DNA of 64,000 bases from Octopus vulgaris (Eukaryota), in the NCBI GenBank assembly GCA_951406725.2, contig OX597818.1:77066001-77130000 (forward strand). The letters are read 5' to 3'. The notes beneath the pieces were generated by a model. It made no database searches and had not been told where the DNA came from. It saw only the letters and a list, made by a program, of their open reading frames with translations. Positions 52,475 through 64,000 of the stretch are shown here, piece by piece; within the stretch, counting starts at the first letter, position 1; every line of letters starts with the position of its first letter. Position numbers and translations under genes: made by a program.

Positions 52475-52707
52475 TAAGGTGGCAAGCTGGCAGAAACATT
52501 AACACGTCGAACAAAATGCTAAGTGACATTTCATCTATCTTTACATTCTGAGCTGAAATTCAGCCAAGGTTGACTTTGCCTTTCATGGTTGATAAAATGA
52601 GTACTAGTTAAGTACTGGGGGTCATGTAATTGATTTCCTCCACCTCAAAAAACTGCTGACCCTGTGCCAAAATTTGAAACAATTATTATTATTATTATTA
52701 TTATTAT

Positions 52708-52920
52708 AGACGTCACACAGTATACAATATCGTGAGGTAGTTGATTGAAGATATTGTGTCTACCGGGGGGGGGGGGATTGTTTGTCAAGTCACAACAAGG
52801 ACCTCAGACAGACAGTAGTTTATGCAATATACATGCAGTTCCAAGTAATGCCGACTTTTGCAATACATCTAGATTGTATGGTATCTCTAAGGCTTTCAGA
52901 TGTTTTTTCAGTTTGGATGG
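52708..52920 (-). mobile_element. R4/Dong-like RLE LINE 3' end inside (TAA)n
   Basis: Minus strand KHLKAL..PYNLDVLQKSALLGTACILHKLLSV*; flanked on both sides by (TTA)n. Confidence 0.7.
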
Positions 52921-52924
52921 TATT

Positions 52925-52955
<31 letters not shown>

Positions 52956-53684
52956 TTAAAGCAGCAAGCTGCCAGAATCATTAGCATTTGGGCCTACTGC
53001 TTAGCAGCATTTCATCTTGTCTTTATGTCCTGCGAATAAAATAAGTACTAGTAGAGCACTGGTGTTGATATTATCAACTTACCCCTTCCTCTAAAGGTTG
53101 TTGGCCTTCTGCTAGAATAAGAAAGAATTATTATTAAAATTAAAGAAATCATTATCAGTCAGAATCTGCCAATAATTTAGTTGCACAAATCATTTTGAGA
53201 GATTATTTAAATCAATAAAAATTTTACAAATTATTTATGAATAAAGTAAAAAAAAAGTAACAATGACAAATTGTTTTTATAAAATGATAATTTTTCACCC
53301 AAAATAAACAGAATAGGAATGGAAGAAATAAAATAAAAACTAATTAATAATTTCATAATATATTTAAAGTAATTAAGCAAAATTATGAAAAATATTTTGA
53401 CTCATGTTTTACATTTTAAATAATCAATGAAATGTAATGAACAAAAAAAGAATAAGTCCAAGAATGAAAATTACTGAAAATATTTATTAGTGAGAAAACT
53501 GAAGTAATATCATTAGGATTGATTAAGTCTTTATATTGATTTATTTTTAATTAGTGATGAGGGTAAATTGTCTAGGGTAGAGTTGAGGTACAGTACACTG
53601 AATTAACACTTAGATATTACTGGTATTATTTTAATGACACAAAAATAAAGGCAAATCTGTCACCTAGTAATAACTAATTCTGGA

Positions 53685-53745
53685 TAATAATGATTTAATA
53701 ATAATAACAATAATAGTAATAATAATAGTAGTAGTAGTAGTAGTA

Positions 53746-53828
<83 letters not shown>

Positions 53829-53848
53829 TGATGATAATAATAATAATT
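53685..53848. repeat. (TAA)n/(TAG)n microsatellite
   Basis: Long trinucleotide run. Confidence 0.95.
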
Positions 53849-54089
53849 TTGAGTGGGATGGGCTACTCAACCTGAAGAAAATTCTAATTAGGCCCCACCT
53901 GTAAGGTCATGTCCTGTTTATCTTGATATAAGATCAACATGTAGCACACATATGGTTGTGATTCATATGTCTGGTGTACCCTTATCAGACAGGTAGTCAT
54001 GATGGATATATTGGGCTTTGTATATTTGTATCCCAGTGTTACTTTGATGGCAAATGCAGCTCTCTCACTCAATGATAATAATAATAATA

Positions 54090-54806
54090 ATTTGTATTAT
54101 TGGCACATGGCCATCAATTTTAGGGGAGGATGCTAGTTGATTACATCAGCAACAATGCTTTAGGGTGCTTATTTTATCAACCTTGAAAGTATGAAAGACA
54201 AAGTTGACTTTGGCAGAATTCTAATTCAGGGTGTAAAGACAGAAAAAATGTCACTAAGCATTTAGTCTACTATAGGCACAAAGCCATAATTTATTTTTCT
54301 TGAGGATGGGGGGTGGGGGTGTTAGCTGACTAAATTGATAAAAATAATAATGATTTCAAATTTTTGTACAAGGTCAGAAATTTTGGGGGAGGGTATAAGT
54401 TGATTATATCAACCCCATCCCCATTGTTTCACCACTACGTAATTTATCAACCCTGAAGGGAACCTCAGTGGAATTTGAAATCAGAATGTAAAGATGAATG
54501 AAATGCTACTAAGCATTTTTCCCAACATGCTAATGATTCTGCCTTAATTATAAGAATAATTATAAGAATAATAATGATGATGATGATGATGATGATGTTT
54601 TCAAATTATGATACAAAGCCAGCAAGTTCAGGGAGGGGATAAGTTGATTACATCAACCCCAGTGTTCAACTGGTACTTATTTTATCGACTCCAAAAGGAC
54701 GAAAGTCAAAACTGATCTCAGTGAGATTTGAATTCAGAATGTGAAGAAGGATGAAGAGCCACTAAAGCATTTTAGCTGGTATGCTAATGATTCTGCCAGC
54801 TCACCA
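54090..54806 (-). repeat. Minus-strand SINE A cluster (~3-4 copies)
   Basis: Repeated reverse-complement units ending ...GATTCTGCCAGCTCACC. Confidence 0.75.
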
Positions 54807-54894
54807 ATAACAACAATGATGTTGCATGCACATTTGACTCATGAATATAGTGTTGCATGCCATTTGAGTCACAAATATGACATTGCATGCCTAT

Positions 54895-55090
54895 GAATAG
54901 TTAAGAAGGAAGGCAGGGAAGTTGACCTATACAATCCTCTTAAATACAAGGCAACCTGACTGTGGAAGAGGAAAAAGATGAAGACAGTGCCAATTATTGT
55001 TGGGGTCTTGGGGACAGTACCAAAAGGTATTAAGAGGAACATAAAAGGCTTTATGCACAACTTCTTAAACCTTTATTCACTCCAACAACT
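54895..55090 (+). mobile_element. R4/Dong-like RLE domain fragment
   Basis: LWKRKKMKTVPIIVGVLGTVPKGI, typical VP.IVGALG.VPK motif. Confidence 0.6.
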
Positions 55091-55952
55091 CTGAAATTAC
55101 GTTTGAATTATAAATTCTGTTCACTACAGTGATACATATTTTGCTTATTCATTTTTCCTTCCAAATATATATCTACCTACTCAATGATGAACCACTTATA
55201 GCCATTCTTTGCTATGCAGCTACAACACCACTTTTGTTATAGTCACAGTTCAAGTCAGATTTAGTGAGCATTTATTGCATATAGCCATTACATTGTCATT
55301 AGATACAATTTTATCTGTACTCTCAGCCTTGACATTATATAATAGTTGTAAGCAAGAATTGTTCTTTCTTTCAAATCTATCATAAAAACATAGCTGGCCA
55401 TAAGAAAATAATATCTTGCTTGAAAACAGGTAAGAGTTCATGACAGGAAAGGCATCAGGTTGTAGAAAATCTACCTCAGTGAATTCCAACTGACCATGCA
55501 AACATGGAAAAACAGACATCACAATGATGATGATGATGATGATAATAAAGGGTGGGGGTGATGATAATGATGATGATGATGATGAATGTTAATTTGTTGA
55601 CAGTTTGACTTTTCTAAAAGCAAGTTAAGCATTTATTTGTTAGAAATAGATACACCATTGAATTAGTCTCATTTTAAAGTATACGGTTTGGTAAGGTATT
55701 TTTTATTTAAATTTTGGAATTCATGAACATTCTAGAGAAGTAGAAATTTATATTTTGGAATGGAATAAAGAAGAAACAGAATAATAAAAATTGGTTGAAA
55801 AAAACAACAAAAAACAAAACAGTGTCTGTCCACAAGTACAGAATAGTAAAGATAATAATAATAATAATAAATGCTTTAAATTTTGGCACAAGTCCAGCAA
55901 TTTTAATCCAGTAGAAAGTATTATTACTATTATTACAATTATTATTATGATG

Positions 55953-55992
<40 letters not shown>

Positions 55993-56707
55993 TTTCAACA
56001 GCTTTTTGCACATTCATACACTTTTGTGTAGCATTGTCTTCTGGAAATGTAGAATTATGTCTGCATACTGTATTTGTTGTTTCTGATGTTATTTTAGTAT
56101 TTCATCTGTTGCATGGAGTATAATGATAATGATAAAAATAATGATGATGATGATGATGACAATAATAATAATAAATAAATGAATCAATAAATAAAAAATT
56201 AGATTGTTTGGATGTATATTACTTGAGAATCATTAAACTAACCAGCTGATAAATGTCAACATTACCATTGATGCTTTGTTATTATCAACAATTATAGAAG
56301 AATATAATTATAATAATTAAATTTATATCAGCTTGAATATTATACAATTAATTATAAATATAACATGCTCATGTACGCACACACGCACACACACACACAC
56401 AAGTACTATGAAGAAGTGTCAACCTTAAGGCTGTCTTCTTTTGAGTGACAATGTTCATTTTGTCAAGAGAAAATCAAATGCACCAAGTGAGAAACTCTGA
56501 GTATATCTGGAGTGTATTGCCAGCTTCATAGAAATAAATATTTACTTTGTAATGTGTATTGAATACTCCTTCACTCAATTTTGAACAAAATAACCTAAAA
56601 GCAAAACCAAATATGGGTTATGGGTGTATGTAAACATAGTATAAATATGCGTGTGTAAACACACACACAGAGATTATATGTCTATAAATATATGTGTATA
56701 TATGTAA

Positions 56708-56747
<40 letters not shown>

Positions 56748-56972
56748 TATATATACACCCACACCCCTACCCCACCCCACACATGCAAATCTATATATAA
56801 ATATATTTCTCTTTCTCTCTCCATTTGTGTGTAGGTGTATATATATACATATATATATATATACATGGAAGTATATATGTATGTATATATGTTTCTGTAT
56901 GTATGGAGTTTGTTGGATTGTATATACATATATAGATATACACTTATATATGTACATATATATATATATATA

Positions 56973-57011
<39 letters not shown>

Positions 57012-57506
57012 AAACACATGTATGTATGCGTATATATAATTTATGTATTCATACATACACATGGATTCAGGCAAAAGACTTGAAAACAAGAAGACTACAT
57101 CTTTGGTACACTAGCATAAATCATAAAGCAGATTCTTCAAACAGACAGAAATAGTTCAATTTTGACTTCCTTGTCTACTTTCCTTTGTCCATATCATTCA
57201 AACAAAAGAAGTTGAGAGAGATACATAGACAGATGTTTGATAAAAGTTACAGATTAAATCTACACATATAATTAAAAGTATTTCATTGGTCAAGAAACCT
57301 TGGCAATTCTTAAAAGCCAGAAACATTTAAAATTGATACAGGGTATGTTGTAATGATAAAGCTGATGATTATGATGATGATGATGATGATGCCAATGACG
57401 GTGATGAGTGTGGATAATAGTAATAGTAATATTAATAATAATAATAACAACAACAACAATATTGATAAAGAAAAATATTGTTATCTTTTGAAACACATGT
57501 ATATAT

Positions 57507-57950
57507 GGAGTAAAGATTTTTGCCAACATAACATGGCAGTCATGGTTTAGGGCGAATGTTGCTGTAATTTAGCCCCAGGAGACATCGTCTCCAGCTGGCT
57601 ATACGACACGATCCGTGTCCTTATATTTTCAAACAAGGGAATCTAGAACCCCACTCAGCTCAAAACAATATCTGTGTATCGTGTATCACGATTTCCGAGT
57701 TATTTCCCTTCATCACCTGGAAATTGCGATACACAGATATTGTTTTGAGCTGAGTGGGGGTTCTAGATTCCCTTGTTTGAAAGTATAAGGACACAGATTG
57801 TGTCGTATAGCCAGCTGGAGACGATGTCTCCTGGGGCTAAATTACATCAACATTTGTCCTAAACCAGGACTGCCATGTTATGTTGGCAAAAATCTTTACT
57901 CCAAAGTACTGTTACTGAATACCTCTCGCTGTGAGATTTAAATAAAAAAA
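57507..57950. mobile_element. Asymmetric foldback element in a (TA)n context
   Basis: Near-identical inverted arms 57506-57696 / 57719-57903, ~22-nt spacer, ~47-bp unpaired right extension ending AATAAAAAAA; flanking direct repeat GTATATAT. Confidence 0.8.
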
Positions 57951-58004
<54 letters not shown>

Positions 58005-58323
58005 ATATGTATGCATGTATGTACATATATGTGTGTGTGTATATATGTATGCATCTATGTACACACACACACACATATATATATATATGTATAATATTGC
58101 GGGAAAAGAATATCTCAGTTTATAAATCACCTAAAATAGCAAATATACACACACTGAAATACAAAATATAAATCATGGAAAATATGGACATTTGATTAAG
58201 AAAGGTGTAGGTTTCTTTTTCTTTGCACTGTTTTGGAACATTTCTGACAAAATGTGCACACAGACATGTACAGTATATATAGATATACACACACTAGTCT
58301 CTCTCTCTCTCTTTTTCTCTCTG

Positions 58324-58406
<83 letters not shown>

Positions 58407-58792
58407 CACACACACGCGCACACAGATATACATTATATATATATGTATGTATATGTATATATACACATATAATTGATATCCATATATACTTTGTGTGGGT
58501 GGGTGTTTGTGTGTGTAATATAAAGAAATGAATTTGAACTGTTGAGACAGTTATAATAAACTTCTATGTCCCTCATCTGACACTGATTTTTTGGAAATCA
58601 TAACATTACAAAACCAGTTGTTGCAAATAAAATTTATAAAGTCTCCTAAAGTAATTTCAGTTTCATTTCTTTATACTTCTACTTACATCAAAAAGAAATT
58701 TATTTTACTATTCACACACTCCCCCCCCCCACACAGATTTATATGTGCGTGGGTGTATATTTGTGTGTGTGTGTGTGTGTGTAAATATATAC

Positions 58793-58839
<47 letters not shown>

Positions 58840-60756
58840 TGTGTATGCATCCATGTGAATACATGTATGTAAATATGTATATATACAATATAATATGCAT
58901 ATATAAATCTATGAGAAAGAGATTGTCTTAAGTTGTCAAAATACATTTTTAGAAATTTTAAACATTTTAATGTTTTGTAACATGATTGAGCGTCATTTAT
59001 GCATTAGTGGAGAAGATAATCTTATTTCATTCCTCAAAGACTACGGGATGAAAAGAACAAAACAAAAGCCCTATTTGGTGAATTCATGAAAATGGGATGC
59101 AAGTGAAAGTTTTCACCAATATTTTAACCATATCAGAGTCATTCATAAACCATCACACCTTATTACGTTTTTCTGACATCACACTGTGGTTCTTCAATTT
59201 CCAAGTCTTTGATGCTTCAGTGATTTTCGTCATTTCTTTTCCTAATCATCAATAACATAGTTGAACATAATGAACATATTTTACATAGCAATACTTCTCA
59301 CGTACCTTGAGTTATAGTTCCTTTCTCTAACTGGTTTATTTTCTATTCTGTGTATGTTAACACCAATTAAAACCCACAGTATTATCCATTGGTCTTCTCC
59401 TGACTTTGGTTTGTTGGATAGATAATAATGCTGCTGCATTCAAGACATTGATGTAAAAAATGTGTAAGAATGTATCTCTTACTGCAATAGGGCAAGATCT
59501 TTCGGAGTGGGAGGATTAATCGGTTAGGAAGCAAGTAGAAGGGTTATTTCAAGAATGAAATTAAAGAACTTCCATTTAATAAATATACAATCCATTTTGG
59601 AAAGCAAAAGTCATTGTGTAATACTTGAAAAATGACAAAATGTGCTGTGTATGCTCTCATTTTTATATACATAAATCACATTGGTAAAATGATACAGACA
59701 AAATTTTATATATATATATACGCACACACATATATATGCAAGCATATGTTCACCCTTTAAATAGAGTATATTTGGCCAACAAGTCTGGGGAAAACATTCC
59801 TTTTATCAAGAATGTATACAAAAAAAAATTTGCTTTCTTTCTCTTTTCTTTTCCTTTTTTTTTTCTGATATAGACCAGTATTCTGTTAAATTTTAACAGT
59901 TTTTAGAGTTGCAGAGAGTCAGGAATTATTGACAATTTCTCAGATTGCCACTGAATTGAATAATTATGGTTCCACATACTTCAATCAACTAGATTCAACT
60001 GCCATTTGCCAATTTTCTATCAAGACGCAGAAAGTCAGCCCAAAATATCAGCTCACATGTTTAGCCAAAAGAAAGTGAATATATATTATATATATATAGA
60101 TATATATATATATTATATATATAGATATATATATATATCTATATATATATATGTTGGGAACAAAACCAAGCCAAATTCTCTGTAAACTTTGATAATAAAC
60201 TCATTTCTCTTGCCTTGTTTTTACTTTTTTACTATGGAAAAATGTGTATAGAACATTAATATAAATAAAATATAACGTATGGGTGTGTGTATCTGATTTT
60301 ACTCACAAGTGCAAGACTTGTGCATACGTACACACATACATATTATATATGTATATATGCTGTATGTATGTGTGTGTTGTTGATGTGTGAAGTAAATTTT
60401 GTTTGTATGTTACACCTTTCTTTTACTTTATATGTGTGTGTGTGTGAGTGTGCATCTAGACATACAAACAATTGTGTTTGGTCCAGGTGATGTGTATAAG
60501 TTTCATCAATCTTTCATATACACTTGATACAATGGAAATGTGGCATATACACTTTCTGATATACATGAGAATGCATACCAGAGAGAGAGAGAGAGAGAGA
60601 GAGAGTGTGTGTGTGGGTTGTGTATCTTACTATTTATTTGCACAAAGTAAATATAAATGGTTTTGAATGCTTATAAGCTATATATAAGCTATGCTGCTTA
60701 TATCAAATTAATATATTATGTCACAATTATGTTAATATAAAGGAATTGTGTGTTCA

Positions 60757-60790
<34 letters not shown>

Positions 60791-60807
60791 ACATTATGCT
60801 GATGAAG

Positions 60808-60852
<45 letters not shown>

Positions 60853-61034
60853 TATATATATATCAGAAGGGATATCAAAATAATCCAATCAACCATCTTA
60901 CTGAGAAATCTGCAGGAAGCACATTTGATTAATTAATGCTGAGAAATATTAATAACTGAAAACACGGGGTTTTTTGAAAAATAATAACAATAATAATAAT
61001 AATAATAATAATAATGATGATAATAATAATAATT

Positions 61035-62130
61035 CTTTCTACTATAGGCACACGGCCTGAATTTGGTGGGAAGTGGGGATAGTCAATTACATCAACCCCA
61101 GCACTCAACTGATACTTATTTTATCGACCCCAAAAGGATGGAAGGCAAAGCTAACCTCAGCAGGATTTGAACTCAGAACATAAAGACGGACGAAATGCCA
61201 CTAAGCATTTTGCCTGGTGCTCTAATGATTCTGTCAGCTTACCACCTTATTAATAATAATAATAATAATAAAAACAATAATGAGTTCTGATTTAAGTACA
61301 AGGTCAGCAATTTTGAGGAGAAGGGGGTTAGTCAACCCCGGTACTTGCCAGGTTATCAATCTCATGTTGGGCAACATATATCTCTGTGGGGTTTGAACTC
61401 AAAATGTAAAATACTAGGAATACTACAAGGTAGTTTTTCTTACACTCTAACAACTCTGCTAGCTAGCTGCCTTAGGGTTTCTGATTTAGGCACAAAGCCA
61501 GCAATTTTGAGGGTGAAAGTATTTAGTTGATACAACCAATGCCAGTACTAGACTGGTACTTTATTTTACTGACCACATCCCCATGCCCCCAGAAGGATGA
61601 AAGCAAAGTTGACATTGGTGCAATTTGCACTCATAATGTAAAGATCGAGAAGAAATACCATAAAGCATTTTTTACAACACTCTTATAATACTTCCAGCTC
61701 ACCACCTTATAAATATTAATAATAATAATCCTTTCTCCTATTATAAGCACAAGGCTTGAAATTACATTGACCCCAGAAATCAACTGGTATTTATTTTATC
61801 CTCCCTGAAAGGATGAAAGGCAATGTCAACCTCACTGACATTTGAACTCACAATGTAATGCTGGAAGAAATACTGCTAAGCATTTTGTCAGGCATGCTAA
61901 TGTTTCTGCCAGCTCCTCACCTTAATATTAATAATATTAGGATAATCCTTTTTACCATAGACACAAGGCCTGTAATTTGAGGGGAGGGGTATAGTTGATT
62001 ACATTGACCCCAGTGCTCAACTGGTACTTATTTTATCAACTCTGAAAGGCAAAGTCAACCTTGGTGGGATTTGAATTCAGAATGTAAAGACTGTCAAAAT
62101 ATCTCTAAGAATTTTGCCAGCTCACCACTT
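61035..62130 (-). repeat. Minus-strand tandem array of ~5 SINE A copies
   Basis: Repeated AAAGGATGAAAGGCAAAGT..ACC / GCCAGCTCACCACCTT units separated by (AAT)n. Confidence 0.8.
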
Positions 62131-62594
62131 AAATAATAATAGTAATAATATTGTTATTCAATAGTTAAGTAAAGGCTTTAGTAAGAAGTTGGTCCTAATA
62201 ATATATATTACATTGTAATAAAAGAAAGGATTTCAAAAGGAAACGAATTTCAATAATTAGTGTAATTAATATCATTATGAAAACTTAGCAAAAAAAAAAA
62301 AAAGAAATTTTGGTAATGACATTTTGCAAAAAAAAAAACAAACAAACAAAAGACTGAATTAAATGTATCCACCCCTCCTGCCACTGTAGCAAAAACACCA
62401 GATGGATATGCTTTAAATTTCTGAATCTTGACTTTCACTTTTGCATGTATTTTCATATCCACCTCTATAATTTAATTGGTCAGTCCTCTGATAATCTTCA
62501 ACTGTCCTATATTTCTACAACAGCTTGAAATCAGAATCTTTCCTTACTAACATAGGACTTCAATGTGCTTAATAACTGTGCTATGGTTCCTTAA

Positions 62595-62819
62595 CCCTTT
62601 TGATACCAACTCACTTATGACTGTGTCTAGTTCTGTCATACAAATTCATTATTTTAAAATGATCTAACTTAAAACCCTTTTCCAACAAAATTCCATGTTA
62701 ATTTATGTTCCCAAAACTAGCTAAATAATGGCAAATTTATTTTACTAAATTTTTCATTATTTTCAAAACTAGTTGAAACAAAATCACTATATTCCAGTAG
62801 AAATATGGTAACAGAAGGG
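62595..62819. mobile_element. piggyBac-related MITE
   Basis: TTAA|CCCTTTTGATACC ... GGTAACAGAAGGG|TTAA; the reverse complement of the right end resembles the left end of the 138-1187 piggyBac. Confidence 0.82.
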
Positions 62820-63479
62820 TTAAGGCAAGTAATCCTCAAAGATTGGATTATTTAAATTCAATTGAATAATTTATGCCATGCTGAGTTGAAGCCTGTGTTC
62901 TATGATAGTGCTGTGATACATGTGTGCATATATGTACATGTGTGCATGTATGTGTGTGTGTATTTGTGCATGTTTGTATGTGTGTGTATATGTATGTGTA
63001 TGTGTTTGTGCATGTATTTGCACATGTGTGTCTTTGTGTATGTATGTGTTTGTCTGTGTATCTCTTTGATTGGTTTCTTGGTTTCTACTGAGGCTTCAAT
63101 ACAATAAAGATGATCAAAGACTGGACTGTGCTAAACATAATAAGGTAGAACACAAGAATGTAAGGATTCTTTCAATATTAATTTGGATACTTTAAATTAT
63201 TCTAACAATAAATCATTTTAGGAATTTATCTACATAACTGGAAATTTAATTTTAAAGAGAAAAATGCTATAACTCTCAGTGTAACTATTTTGACTTTGAA
63301 TTTTATCATTTTATAATTCTATTCTTATTCCGTCCTCTAAAATTGTTGTTTGTTATATTTCATTATTGAGTTATCTAATTCTTTAATTAAAGGATTTAAA
63401 ACTAAAATATTAATTTAAGAAAAAAGTCCAGAGCATAGAAAGATTCTAATTTAAAACCTTATTCCTCCTCTCTCCCTGT

Positions 63480-63722
<243 letters not shown>

Positions 63723-64000
63723 AAGGTGTCTCATAAATAAAGCAGCATGGGAACATTAAAATGCTGTCTATGTTGCTCTTTTCCAATGGAACATCTAGTA
63801 TAGCTTATAAAGAACAGTTCTATGTCCTTTATAAATGACACATTGAAAGAACAGCTGGAAGAAAGTACAGAGGAGCTGACTGTTGTATAAGACTTTACAC
63901 CCACATACACAGGGGAGGGGTAAGTTGATTACATTGACCCTAGTACTTGACTGATACTTTACATATCTCTACATATTTGCTTACAAATGCACACACACAC

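Overview
AT-rich, microsatellite- and SINE-dense eukaryotic DNA. The repeat families suggest an octopus (coleoid cephalopod) genome; this is inference. The only host gene I can support is the 3' part of DCAF8/WDR42A on the + strand: 10 GT-AG exons at 1844-25934 that splice in frame (891 nt including the stop) and end in a CaaX-like CTQS. The rest is transposable-element debris: an internally deleted piggyBac inside an RTE reverse-transcriptase relic, piggyBac-type TTAA MITEs, an RTE LINE, a Tc1/mariner fragment, HERO- and R4/Dong-like LINE ends, a Helitron-like element and tandem arrays of tRNA-derived SINEs. The most striking observation is a set of sequence-unrelated, TSD-flanked, asymmetric head-to-head foldback elements (3151-3493, 33559-34046, 57507-57950). 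Two carry minimal type I hammerhead ribozyme motifs, one with a G3-C8 swapped core and one fused to a tRNA-derived pol III head. This points to a Penelope-driven system of non-autonomous ribozyme retroelements. All calls were made by eye; no database searches were run.
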